DNA from: Planctomycetota bacterium
GTDB taxonomy: Bacteria > Planctomycetota > SZUA-567 > JAFGGJ01
NCBI GenBank assembly: GCA_016930595.1
Contig: JAFGGJ010000002.1
Span: forward strand, 39,698 to 103,697
Length of the DNA stretch: 64,000 bases
Reading direction: 5' to 3'
Made by a program: the position numbers and the translations under genes. Every line of letters begins with the position of its first letter. The stretch's first letter is position 1. Below, piece by piece: positions 46,724-56,508 of the stretch. Under the pieces are notes generated by a model. It worked only from the letters and a program-made list of their open reading frames with translations, was not told the origin of the DNA and searched no databases.

Positions 46724-47061
46724 TGAAACTCCTTGTTGTTGTCCTGAACGAACGTGAAAACCTGGACGACCTTATGGAAGCGCTGCTGGCGCTGGAGGTC
46801 AACGGGCTGACGTCGGTGGAGTCGGAGGAAGTGGTGTCGCTGCTGGCCCAGGAAGTGCCGATATTCGCAGGCCTGCGGCACATGCTGACCGGTCCCCGCG
46901 AGCACAATATGACGGTGTTCGGCCTGTCGGACAAGGACGACGTCCTTGTGCGGCTGGCGGAGTCGCTGAAAGAGGTGGGGGTGGACATGAACGCGTCCGG
47001 GTTCGGTTACGCCTTCTGCGTGCCGGTGGAAGGTGCAGCAGGAGGCGCCCTGGAGGACTAG
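46720..47061 (+). CDS. PII-like small protein, copy 1
   Basis: KLLVVVLN...VPIFAGLR...GYAFCVPVE, a PII/GlnB-like ferredoxin-fold pattern; overlaps the antiporter stop. Confidence 0.8.
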   Translation: MMKLLVVVLNERENLDDLMEALLALEVNGLTSVESEEVVSLLAQEVPIFAGLRHMLTGPREHNMTVFGLSDKDDVLVRLAESLKEVGVDMNASGFGYAFCVPVEGAAGGALED

Positions 47062-47216
47062 GGGCGTTCCGCAAGCGCCTCGCCGGAACGATGGCGCAAC
47101 GTAAGTGCTGTTGAATAAACGGGTTTCCCACGTAGAATAGCAGGTGCGTCGGACGTGAACGTCCGGCCGGGACTCCGGGCGAGCGGCCCGGACAGGGAGA
47201 AGCCACCGGCACCGCC

Positions 47217-48506
47217 ATGTGGGAAACTTTCCTGACGGTTCTGCACGAAACGCACAACTGGCTGCTCATAGGGGCGGCCATTCTGCTGGGGTTTCTGAGC
47301 GGCAAGGCCGCCAGACTGGTCAGGCTTCCTTCGATAATAGGCTACCTGCTTGCCGGCGTGGCGCTGGGCGTGTCGGTAACGGATATCATCGACCTGCACA
47401 CGGGTGAGGAACTGGGGCTCATTACGGACCTCGGCCTGTCGATAGTGGCGTTCATGATAGGCACGGAGCTGTCGCGCAGGATACTGAAGCGCATGGGCCG
47501 GGAACTGACGATGATACTGTTCTCGCAGTTCCTGGGGGCGGTGGCCGCGGTGACGGTGGCTGTGTGGCTGCTGGCGGAATGGATACTGCCGGCGGACATA
47601 CCGGCGGGTGCGGCAGCTCTGGTTTTTGGAGCGATTGCGGCCGCTACGGCTCCGGCGGGCACGGTGGCGGTGATACAGGAATACCGTTCCAAGGGGGACG
47701 TCACGAGGATGTTGCTGGCGGTGGTGGGACTCGATGACGGGCTTGCGATAGTAGCGTATGCGTTTGCGGTGGCGATAGCCCGGATGTTTCTGGGAGGAGG
47801 CTTTTCGGCCGGGGCGGTGCTTGCCGGGCCGGGGCTGGAGGTGTTCGGGGCGCTGATCGTCGGGTCGATAGGAGGCGCGGTGCTCGCAGCGGCGTCCAGC
47901 AGGCTGAAGGGCCGGGGGGAAGTGCTGACGGTGACGCTCGGGACGATATTCCTGGTGACGGGGCTTGCGAACGTGTTTCATTTTTCGCTGATACTGGCCA
48001 ACCTCGCCGTGGGCACGGCGGTGGCGAATATATCGTCCAGGGAGACGGAACGCACGTATGCGGCGGTGGAACAGGTGTCGCTCCCGGTGTACATACTGTT
48101 TTTCGTGGTGGCCGGGGCGCACCTTGACCTGAGGGTGCTTATGACGATGGGGCTGCTGGTGCCGGTATACATTATCGCCAGGAGCCTGGGCAAGGTTACG
48201 GGGAGCTGGCTGGGGGCGACTATCGCAAATGCCGGTACCGTGATGCGGAAGTACCTGGGGTTCGGGTTGTTGTCGCAGGCGGGAGTGGCCGTGGGGTTGT
48301 CGCTTCTGGTGTCGCGGGAACTCGCAGGGTACGAGGAGGAAGGCGGCCGGATGCTGGGGATAATAGCGATAAACGCGGTGGCGGCTTCGACGATATTTTT
48401 TGAAATAGTGGGGCCCATAGCGACAAAGATGGCGCTGGTGAAGGCCGGCGAAGTGGACATGGGAGGGAAGGAAGAGGAGGACGGGAAGGAAGAGGAGGAT
48501 AGATGA
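47217..48506 (+). CDS. cation:proton antiporter, copy 2
   Basis: Colinear paralog of 45458..46723 with the same motifs. Confidence 0.9.
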   Translation: MWETFLTVLHETHNWLLIGAAILLGFLSGKAARLVRLPSIIGYLLAGVALGVSVTDIIDLHTGEELGLITDLGLSIVAFMIGTELSRRILKRMGRELTMILFSQFLGAVAAVTVAVWLLAEWILPADIPAGAAALVFGAIAAATAPAGTVAVIQEYRSKGDVTRMLLAVVGLDDGLAIVAYAFAVAIARMFLGGGFSAGAVLAGPGLEVFGALIVGSIGGAVLAAASSRLKGRGEVLTVTLGTIFLVTGLANVFHFSLILANLAVGTAVANISSRETERTYAAVEQVSLPVYILFFVVAGAHLDLRVLMTMGLLVPVYIIARSLGKVTGSWLGATIANAGTVMRKYLGFGLLSQAGVAVGLSLLVSRELAGYEEEGGRMLGIIAINAVAASTIFFEIVGPIATKMALVKAGEVDMGGKEEEDGKEEEDR

Positions 48507-48841
48507 GACTGCTGGTGGTGGTTCTGAATGAACGCGAGCATCTTGACGACGTGCTGGAAGCGTTGCTGACGCTGGACGTCCAGGGCGTTACTTCGGTTGA
48601 AAGCGAGGAGGTGATAAGCCTGCTCGCTCAGGAAGTGCCCATTTTCGCGGGGCTCAGGCACATGCTGACGGGCCCCAGGGAGCACAACATGACGATATTC
48701 AGCGTGTCGCAGAACGACGACGTGCTGGAGAAGTTCCGGGCGATGTTGAACGAGGTCGGGGTGGACATGAATAAAGAGGGATTCGGTTACGCGTTCACCG
48801 TGCCGGTTGAAGGCATGGCGGGGACGTTCCCCGAGGATTGA
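48503..48841 (+). CDS. PII-like small protein, copy 2
   Basis: Paralog of 46720..47061, sharing SLLAQEVPIFAGLRHMLTGPREHNMT exactly. Confidence 0.8.
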   Translation: MRLLVVVLNEREHLDDVLEALLTLDVQGVTSVESEEVISLLAQEVPIFAGLRHMLTGPREHNMTIFSVSQNDDVLEKFRAMLNEVGVDMNKEGFGYAFTVPVEGMAGTFPED

Positions 48842-48940
48842 CGCATGGCGCGGGTCTGCCGGCTCGCACGTTGCAGGCGGACACGCCCTGCGGTAAACTG
48901 GTGGCTGCCCGGGCGCTAAGCGCCGAGGGCGGGAGAGCGG

Positions 48941-50641
48941 ATGCAGATCAGGAAAATATCCCGGACCTACAAGACGGTGAGGCGCCTGTCGGAGATAGTG
49001 GGCGTGCTCGTCAAGTTCGGCTTCACCGACATAGTGGACCGGATAGGTCTCGGCGGCCTGCTGCCTGCCTCAAAGCGGCTCGTGGGGACGACGGAACTCT
49101 CGTCGAAGGAACGCGCTGCACTCCGGATGCGCCGCGTTCTCGAAGAACTCGGGCCGACGTTCGTCAAGCTGGGCCAGATGCTTTCCACCCGCCCGGATAT
49201 TCTGCCGCCGGAAATGATAGACGAACTCCGCAACCTCCAGGAAAGTGTGAACCCCCTGACCTACGAGACCGTCAGGAAAGAGCTGGTGGAAGGCATCGGG
49301 GGGAAGCTCGAAGACATTTTCGAAAGCGTGGACAGCGAGCCCATGGCGTCGGGATCCCTGGCTCAGGTGCACAGGGCCAGGCTGAAGGACGGCAGGAAGG
49401 TCGTCGTCAAGGTTCGCAGGCCGGGCTGCATGGAGTTTTTCGAAGGCGATATCGAGGTGTTGTCGTTCGTGGCCAAGCTGCTCGAGGACCATATCGAGGA
49501 AGCCAAGCTGTACAGGCCGTCGGGACTCGTCGAGGAATTCGCCGCGGCGGTCACCAGGGAGATGGATTTTCTGCACGAGGCCACGGTGATAGAGAATTTC
49601 CACAAGCACCTCGACGGAAACTACGATGTGGTGCTGCCGGAGGTCGTCTGGGAGGCGACGTCGAGTTCGGTTATAACCATGAGCGAAGTGGAAGGCGAAA
49701 GCCTCGGCAGGGCTCTCAAGTCGAACAGGCCGCCGGACCGCCGTCTTATGAGGTTGATAATAAGAGTCTTCCTGACGCAGTACTTCGAGATGGGGCTGTT
49801 CCATGCCGATCCCCATCCGGGCAACCTGCGGCTCTGCGCCGATGGGCGCAAACTGGGACTGATAGACTTCGGCGCGGTCGGAATGCTTTCCGGGAGGGCG
49901 CTTACCGACATAGCTCTCCTGTACGTCGCTGTCAGCGATAACGAGCCCGAGCTTGCCGTCGCCGTGCTGGAGGAAGTGCTGACGGACAGCCTTCAGCCGC
50001 TGCCGGAGGGCGTCGAGAGAGAATTGCGCTGGCTTCTTGGCTACTACAGCGGCCTGCCGGCGCGCGAGGTGGAAGTCGAAAAGATCTTCGCGGAAATCGT
50101 CGATATCGCACGCAAATACCACCTGACGCTTCCTTCGGAGTGGGTGCTGCTGGCGAGGTCGATGTCGATTCTTTTCAGCCTGGTGCGCGAGATCGACCCC
50201 GACATAAACGTGCTGGAAGAGGTAAAGCCGTATACGGGCAAGGTTGTCGGCAGGATCCTGTCGCCGAAAAAGGCCGGGAAAGCTATGGAGGTGTCGGCCT
50301 ACAGGACGATGCGGCTCCTGGGGGACCTGCCCCGGGTGGGCCGTTTTGCATTGAGGCGCGTGCTGGGGGGCAAGTTCTCGCTGGACCTGCGTCATGAAGG
50401 AATTCAGGGGCTGGTAAGCGAGCTGGAAAGCGCCAGCAACAGGCTTTCCTTCAGCATTGTCATTGCGGCGGTGATAATGGGCTCGGCCACGATCATGTCG
50501 AGCGGAGTGGGCCCGAAGTGGGAATTCCTGGGTCAGATAGGGCTCGAAAACGTCTCTCTCCTCGGCATGGGGGGGTTCCTGGTTGCCGGATTGATGGGCA
50601 TGGCACTGGCCCTGGCTATATATCGGTCGGGCAAATTATAG
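48941..50641 (+). CDS. AarF/ABC1/UbiB family atypical kinase
   Basis: LGPTFVKLGQMLSTRPD, ASGSLAQVH, VKVRRPG, FHADPHPGN, IDFG; two C-terminal TMs. Confidence 0.92.
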   Translation: MQIRKISRTYKTVRRLSEIVGVLVKFGFTDIVDRIGLGGLLPASKRLVGTTELSSKERAALRMRRVLEELGPTFVKLGQMLSTRPDILPPEMIDELRNLQESVNPLTYETVRKELVEGIGGKLEDIFESVDSEPMASGSLAQVHRARLKDGRKVVVKVRRPGCMEFFEGDIEVLSFVAKLLEDHIEEAKLYRPSGLVEEFAAAVTREMDFLHEATVIENFHKHLDGNYDVVLPEVVWEATSSSVITMSEVEGESLGRALKSNRPPDRRLMRLIIRVFLTQYFEMGLFHADPHPGNLRLCADGRKLGLIDFGAVGMLSGRALTDIALLYVAVSDNEPELAVAVLEEVLTDSLQPLPEGVERELRWLLGYYSGLPAREVEVEKIFAEIVDIARKYHLTLPSEWVLLARSMSILFSLVREIDPDINVLEEVKPYTGKVVGRILSPKKAGKAMEVSAYRTMRLLGDLPRVGRFALRRVLGGKFSLDLRHEGIQGLVSELESASNRLSFSIVIAAVIMGSATIMSSGVGPKWEFLGQIGLENVSLLGMGGFLVAGLMGMALALAIYRSGKL

Positions 50642-50731
50642 GGTAATTGTTGGGTTATCGCTTGATAATCAGGTCTGAACGTCCGATAATAAGAGTGTGG
50701 TTGTGGGTGAATTCCTCGGTGGAGGCGTAGC

Positions 50732-51532
50732 ATGAGCATACGCAGGGTTTCAGGCTGCCTGCTCTTTGCGCTGCCGGTTCTGCTGGCGGCGGGATGCAGC
50801 AGGTACAACAGGAATGCGGAGAGTTTCGAGGTGCTGGGCGGGTACTGGGCCATCAGCATCGAGACTGCGGAGAGCGCGTTCGCCGGAGGCGACAACTGGA
50901 ACCTCCTGTCCGACGCCGGACTGGACGACGAATGCGACACGTATTACGGCGAGTTCTTCTACCATAAGGGGCAGGATTCCTATGGGCTGGGTTTCGGTAC
51001 GTGGTCCAGTTCGGGGCAGGCGACGCTGGGCAGCGACCTGGTGTATGGCGGCACGACGTTCACGAACGGCAGCACGGTCCACTCGTCGGTGGACATGAAC
51101 CAGTACCGCCTTATCGTGTCCTCACGCGAACAGCAGCAGACTCAGCAGGCGTTGTCGGCCATCTCGTTCGTGATCGAATACCTCGACTTCAGCATAGACA
51201 TGTATGACGTGGGCGCTCCAGCCACCAGGGCCACGTTCGACGACAGCGCGATGATGTTTCTTTTCGGCTACGCCTACGAATGGGGGACGGGGACGGGACA
51301 GGTTTATTTCGTAGACGCCAAGTACATGAACCTGGACTGGGTGCGCATCGGCCACACCGGCGGGGAATACCTGGACGTTACAGGCGGGGTGAAATGGACG
51401 ATGGGCAGCACGACGTCGAATTCGACCATCATGGTGGGCTACCGGTACCTGGACATGGACCTGGATAATTCCGGCGACACACTGAAATTTTCGATGGAAG
51501 GCCCGGTGCTGGGCTTTACCGCCAAGTTCTGA
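50732..51532 (+). CDS. outer-membrane beta-barrel-like protein with lipobox
   Basis: LLAAGC lipobox; alternating aromatic strands (MVGYRYLDMD); C-terminal GPVLGFTAKF. Confidence 0.7.
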   Translation: MSIRRVSGCLLFALPVLLAAGCSRYNRNAESFEVLGGYWAISIETAESAFAGGDNWNLLSDAGLDDECDTYYGEFFYHKGQDSYGLGFGTWSSSGQATLGSDLVYGGTTFTNGSTVHSSVDMNQYRLIVSSREQQQTQQALSAISFVIEYLDFSIDMYDVGAPATRATFDDSAMMFLFGYAYEWGTGTGQVYFVDAKYMNLDWVRIGHTGGEYLDVTGGVKWTMGSTTSNSTIMVGYRYLDMDLDNSGDTLKFSMEGPVLGFTAKF

Positions 51533-51560
51533 CGGCGGCAGGAGTTACCGGGGGCGCGGC

Positions 51561-52220
51561 CTAAAGCGCCCCCGCGACGGCTTCTTCCAGGGACAGGGTG
51601 CTCCTGCAGCCCCAGCGGACGAGCAGCGCCATTAGTGCCGGCGTCTTGAAGTGGCCGTGAGCGAAAGCGCTGTAGTAAAGGCGGGCTTCCCTGTAACATG
51701 CGACCCCCGTGAGCGCCTTGATGCCGTCCCTCTCCACAATGGGGCCGAGCGCGGAACCACCGCCCACGATGTAGATGTGCTCTTCGCCGTAACCCTTTGC
51801 CATGGCCGCGTCTATGATTCCGGCGGCGGCGCACCTGCCGCAGCGGGCGCAGCGGTCATGGATGCCTTTGTTCTCCCGGATGCAGCCGTCAACCGCGGTG
51901 ATGCAGTGCGGCAGGAAAATGCCGCGGCGCCGGTGCGGAACGGCGTCGAAAAGAGGCCGGGAAACACGGTTCCAGATCCCGGCCCAGACGAAGTCACGGA
52001 GCATCCAGCCTTTGTCGTTATAGGCAATTTCGACCGGGTCTTCGACCACGGTGATGCCGCGCCGGGCGAGAGCGCCGGCGATCAGGGCTTCCCGTTCTTC
52101 AACGGCGGCGATTACGCCGTCCAGCGGGACGTCTCCCGCCGGCGAACCCGCCATTATTTCATCTGCGATCGCCGCGGCTTTACGATACACGCCGGGGGCA
52201 TCGAGAACGACATCGGGCAT
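51561..52220 (-). CDS. DUF116 family Cys-rich protein
   Basis: FLPHCI...C, CARCGRC, YIVGGGS, GVACYRE. Confidence 0.75.
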   Translation of the reverse strand: MPDVVLDAPGVYRKAAAIADEIMAGSPAGDVPLDGVIAAVEEREALIAGALARRGITVVEDPVEIAYNDKGWMLRDFVWAGIWNRVSRPLFDAVPHRRRGIFLPHCITAVDGCIRENKGIHDRCARCGRCAAAGIIDAAMAKGYGEEHIYIVGGGSALGPIVERDGIKALTGVACYREARLYYSAFAHGHFKTPALMALLVRWGCRSTLSLEEAVAGAL

Positions 52221-52304
52221 TCGTGTATGCTCCGCAAGGCTGACGGGACTATCTTAGGCTTCCTGCGGCAACGGGTCAAGGCCATGGGAAGGTCACCGCT
52301 GGTG

Positions 52305-52341
52305 AAAAGAAACCGGAGCGTCCCCCGCGGGAACGCTCCGG
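52305..52341 (-). terminator. intrinsic terminator after the PKD gene
   Basis: CCGGAGCGT...ACGCTCCGG hairpin followed on the minus strand by TTTCTTTT. Confidence 0.7.
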
Positions 52342-52361
52342 CCTGTAATACACAATCGTTC

Positions 52362-54527
52362 TTACTGCAGTATGCCTACCACGATCGGGTTTCGAGTGTT
52401 GCCCTGGTAACCGTCGCTGCAGAAGGAAAGGTCGACTCTGTCATTGGCTACGACCGCTGCGCCGTAATTGTTCGCGGGCGTGGCGACCCAGTCGGCAATG
52501 AGCGTCGTGCACGGCCAGAAGAACGGGTGAGGCGGGTTTTCGTCATTGGACATGGCGATGTCGGGCGCCAGCCACGGTCCGCCCTGCATGTAGTCGGTGC
52601 CGGTGTCCCACGTGGGCGCGCCGGTATTCCACGTGACGACGGCTTCATCCCAGGCGGACGTACACCTGTACATGCTCAGCGTGTCGGAAGCGCCGCCGGC
52701 GCCGTTTTCACGGTAGCAGAAGATAATAAGGCCGGCGCTGAGGATCGTGTCGGAACCGACTTCGGCGGTGACGTCGCACTGCCAGAGGAGGTGCTGGGTC
52801 TCGCCGGTATACCCGTCGCAGTGTATGTGGTTGTCTCCGTAATTGGTGTCCGGAGAACCTTCATGGATACTGGCGTCCTGGTCGCCGGCGGTGGTGCCGT
52901 GGTCCAGGAAGTGGCTGAGGTACGAGTGGCCGGAGCCGGTGTCTACGACGGTTATAATCATGGAGGCGAGGTCCGTGGACGCTCCGTCATCAACCTTTAT
53001 CGTAACCATGTAGATGCCTTCGGCGGTGAAGTCATGCGTGATGGTCGGATCGGTGGCGACAGCGGGATATTGCGGGCCGGTCCCGTCGCCGAAGTTCCAT
53101 TCGTGGCCGATGATGGCTCCGGTGGAATCGGAAGCGTCGGCCGTAATGGTGGCAGGGAAGGATCCGGCGTTTATATAGTAGACGTAGGGGAGGGCCGGCG
53201 TTTCGCCGCCGATGTGGTTCTGGGCGTTTGGATCTATAATGGCGCCAGCGGTTGTCTTGCAGTTCGCCAGGAGCGGCGGGGCATTCGCCGTGATCGTCAC
53301 GACGTCATACGCGTAAGTGGTGCCGTCGAAGATGCGCAGCCACAGGTAATACGTGCCAGGTGTGCTGTAGGTGTGCGTCAGCGGGACGGCGTCGGTGGTG
53401 GCTGAAGCGGATATGTTTTCCCACGTCGCTCCGGTGGGATCGGTCGGGCTCGTGTGTTCAAAGGCCCATGCGTATTCGGTGATGGTGCCCACGGAATGCT
53501 CGTTGCTCATCTGCACCAGCACCGGCGCATTGGCCGTCAGGGTCAGGTAGTCGGCGACGCCGCCCGGCGGCGCCGTGTTCGAATAAATGACCGCTGCAAG
53601 GTCTGCGACGACGAAGCTCTGCGAGACGGTATCCGTAAAGCCGTTCTCGTCCGTGATGGTGAGCGACACGGAATACGTGTTTTCCGCACTGTAGGTGTGC
53701 TGGATGGTGGGGCTGGCGGTGTCGGCGGTGCCGTCGCCGAAGTCCCAGTGGTAGTTGGTGATGGTCGTGTTGTTGGCGGTGCAGCCGGAAGCGTCGAAGT
53801 CCACGGGAATGCCGGGTGCGCCGCTGCCGGGCATGGTGAAGGAAGCGGTGAGTTCCACGACCTTGACCGCTATGGTGTCGGTGCCCGAGCCGGGGGCGTC
53901 GGTGGTTATCCGGACGGCGGCGATGTAGTCGTTGGCGGCCGCGTAGGTGTAGTTGTACGTGGCCGTGGGCGGCGTGGTGCTGGCGTCGGCGGAGAAGGGG
54001 CCGGCGCCGTAGTTGAAGTCCCATTCGTAAAGCGTTATGTTCGCCCCGGGTCCGGGGTTGCTTCCGGAGGCGTCGAACGTTACCTGGTCGTCCGCCGCGC
54101 TTACCCGGCCGATGCACACGATGTTGGGAGTCGAGGTGACGCTCGCAGCCGGAAAGACCTGGATCGTCCGGGTGGTCGTCGCGGTTGCGCCTTCGTCATC
54201 GGTTACGCGCAGCCAAACGACGTAAGTCCCGGGCGAGTTATACGTGTTATTGGTGGTGGGGCTGCCTCCGCTTGCCGTGATGTTGGGCGTCATGCCGTCA
54301 AAGTCGAAGTCCCATTCGTACAGCGAAATGGCGCCGCCGTCGGGATCGCTCGAAGCCGAAGCGTCCATGTTGACCAGAATCGGATAAGTGGTGCTGGTCT
54401 GAGGACTTGCCGTAAATGAAGCGTTGGGCGGAGCTTCGTTCTTCCCGAGGCCGACCAGTTGGCCTCCACAGCCCGCAAGAATCACCAGGGCGATTGCAAT
54501 GGCCGTTATTGATAGAAACGCACGCAT
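52362..54527 (-). CDS. multi-PKD-domain lipoprotein with C-terminal DNRLRE-like domain
   Basis: LAGC lipobox; repeated DAS.S...YxW[DN]FGDG...HTY...G.Y.V.L; DASIHEGSPDTNYG, WDE..VTWN. Confidence 0.85.
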   Translation of the reverse strand: MRAFLSITAIAIALVILAGCGGQLVGLGKNEAPPNASFTASPQTSTTYPILVNMDASASSDPDGGAISLYEWDFDFDGMTPNITASGGSPTTNNTYNSPGTYVVWLRVTDDEGATATTTRTIQVFPAASVTSTPNIVCIGRVSAADDQVTFDASGSNPGPGANITLYEWDFNYGAGPFSADASTTPPTATYNYTYAAANDYIAAVRITTDAPGSGTDTIAVKVVELTASFTMPGSGAPGIPVDFDASGCTANNTTITNYHWDFGDGTADTASPTIQHTYSAENTYSVSLTITDENGFTDTVSQSFVVADLAAVIYSNTAPPGGVADYLTLTANAPVLVQMSNEHSVGTITEYAWAFEHTSPTDPTGATWENISASATTDAVPLTHTYSTPGTYYLWLRIFDGTTYAYDVVTITANAPPLLANCKTTAGAIIDPNAQNHIGGETPALPYVYYINAGSFPATITADASDSTGAIIGHEWNFGDGTGPQYPAVATDPTITHDFTAEGIYMVTIKVDDGASTDLASMIITVVDTGSGHSYLSHFLDHGTTAGDQDASIHEGSPDTNYGDNHIHCDGYTGETQHLLWQCDVTAEVGSDTILSAGLIIFCYRENGAGGASDTLSMYRCTSAWDEAVVTWNTGAPTWDTGTDYMQGGPWLAPDIAMSNDENPPHPFFWPCTTLIADWVATPANNYGAAVVANDRVDLSFCSDGYQGNTRNPIVVGILQ

Positions 54528-54819
54528 CTGGTATCCTCCCTAACTGCAGATTCCCAAAGAAACTTACCCACGGAAATATTATATCGCGCGGGTAAAGCAA
54601 TTGCAATATTGTAGTGGGTTTAAAGGACTAATGCGCGGACAAATAAAATAATGGGGCGAAAAAGATATTCGTGGTATAGACGTTCAACAATGGCTTGTAT
54701 CCCGTTGCGGTGAAGCGTTCCCGCCGGCCATACCGGCTTTATTCTTGCCCGGCGGAGAACCTGCGTTACAATCCCCGGTTGCGCAAACGACGCTCTTTTC
54801 ATTGCACGGGGAACGATCC

Positions 54820-55716
54820 ATGCTCCTTTCGGGCTTTTCATTCGTCAGAAACGCGAACAGGCTCTACTACCCCGTGGCCGAGTCGGTAAGGTCCATTCTG
54901 CCGGCCGTGGATGAATTCGTGCTCGTATACTGTGCCGGCGACGAAGACGACAACACGCTGGAAGTCATATCCGCCATAGGGGATAAAAAACTGCGTATAC
55001 TCGAACGACCGTGGCCCGGCAGGGAGGAAGCCGGCGATCACGTGTATTCATACCTGACGAACCAGGCCCTCGACGAGTGTTCGGGCGAGTGGTGCTTCTA
55101 CCTGCAGGCGGACGAAGTGGCGCATGAGGACGACCTGCCTGCCTTGCGCAAACGTTGCGAATCCCTGGCGCAAGACGGGCGCGTCCAGGCCATGCTTTTC
55201 GACTATCTCCACTTCTGGGGAGATTACCGCCACTACCACAGGAGCCACGGCTGGTACAGGAAAGAGATAAGGATAGTGAGGAACGGCATAGGGTTGCGGT
55301 CGAAGGGAGACGCTCAGTCGTTCAGGTTCAGGGACGGCGGGAAGGCGGTTGCGGCCGAATCCGGCGCCCGGATTTTTCACTACGGATACACGAGGCCGCC
55401 GGACGTGATGAAGAACAAGGTGAACCGGGCGAGCGCGGTCTATCACGGGGAAGGGGGACCTGAGATGGGAGAGGCGGAATTCGACTACGGGCCGCTGGAG
55501 CGCCTGGCGGTGTTCGAGGGGACGCATCCTGCGGTTATGAAGGATCGCATAGCCGCTCTGAGCTGGCAGGGCAGCTTGAGGGAAACCGACCCGCCCGGCA
55601 TGAAACGTTCTTGCCACAAGCACGAACGCCTCAAGTACAGGATGCTCACGGCACTGGAAAACGCGACCGGCTGGGACCTGGGACACAAAAACTACCGGAA
55701 GATTATCAGGGGGTAA
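54820..55716 (+). CDS. glycosyltransferase family 2
   Basis: SGFSFVRNA..LYYP..ES..SILP, YLQADE, HFWGDY, IFHYG. Confidence 0.85.
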   Translation: MLLSGFSFVRNANRLYYPVAESVRSILPAVDEFVLVYCAGDEDDNTLEVISAIGDKKLRILERPWPGREEAGDHVYSYLTNQALDECSGEWCFYLQADEVAHEDDLPALRKRCESLAQDGRVQAMLFDYLHFWGDYRHYHRSHGWYRKEIRIVRNGIGLRSKGDAQSFRFRDGGKAVAAESGARIFHYGYTRPPDVMKNKVNRASAVYHGEGGPEMGEAEFDYGPLERLAVFEGTHPAVMKDRIAALSWQGSLRETDPPGMKRSCHKHERLKYRMLTALENATGWDLGHKNYRKIIRG

Positions 55717-56501
55717 TGGGAATGCCGGACGAGCGGGAGAAAATTTCGGTGACCGTCGTTACCCTGAACGAAGAGAAGAACATCGGACCGTGCCTGGAGA
55801 GCGTCGCGTGGGCGGATGAAGTGATAGTCCTCGACAGCGGCAGCACGGATCGCACGGTTGCAATCGCCAGGGAGCACACCGACAAGGTTCACGTGGAAGA
55901 ATGGCGCGGGTACGGCGGACAGAAGAACCGCGCCGTGGAACTCGCCTCTGGACCGTGGGTGTTGTCACTGGACGCGGATGAGCGCGTTTCGCCGGATCTG
56001 GCGGAAGAAATCCGCCGGGCGGCGGAAAACAAATCAGCGGTCGCATACCAGATCCGCAGAAAAAACTACTACCGCGGGCAGTGGATAAGACACGGCGGCT
56101 GGTGGCCCGACTGGACCACGCGCCTGTTCCGCAAGGGTAAGGCGGCCTTCAGCGAGCCGCGCGTGCACGAGTCGCTGCAGGTCCGGGGGGAGACCGGGCG
56201 GTTGAGCGGTGTCATCGAGCACCATTCGTTCCGGTCCGCGGCGGATTTCCTGGAACGCGCGCGCAGCTACGCAGTGCTTGGCGCGCAGGATCGCTTCGAG
56301 CGGCGGAAGAAGGCCGGCCTGTTCAGCGCCGTGGGCCGCGCGAAGTTCATGTTCTTCAAGACCTATCTCCTGCGGGCGGGCTTCCTGGACGGCGCAGCGG
56401 GAATGCTGATAGCCGTTTCGAACGCAATTGGGGTCTTCTACAGGTACATGCTGCTGCGCGAAATGTGGCGGGATGCAGAACGCAATGGACGCGGGGATTG
56501 A
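55716..56501 (+). CDS. glycosyltransferase family 2 (WaaE/KdtX-like)
   Basis: TLNEEKNI..CLESV, DSGSTD, LSLDADE, VHE, GFLDG. Confidence 0.9.
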   Translation: MGMPDEREKISVTVVTLNEEKNIGPCLESVAWADEVIVLDSGSTDRTVAIAREHTDKVHVEEWRGYGGQKNRAVELASGPWVLSLDADERVSPDLAEEIRRAAENKSAVAYQIRRKNYYRGQWIRHGGWWPDWTTRLFRKGKAAFSEPRVHESLQVRGETGRLSGVIEHHSFRSAADFLERARSYAVLGAQDRFERRKKAGLFSAVGRAKFMFFKTYLLRAGFLDGAAGMLIAVSNAIGVFYRYMLLREMWRDAERNGRGD

Positions 56502-56508
56502 GGCCCGG

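Noticed and set aside
47062-47216. dif/att-like or ncRNA element between the antiporter duplicates (CGTAAGTGCTGTTGAATAAACGGGTTT)
   Set aside because: The palindrome is too degenerate and has no second copy in the window.
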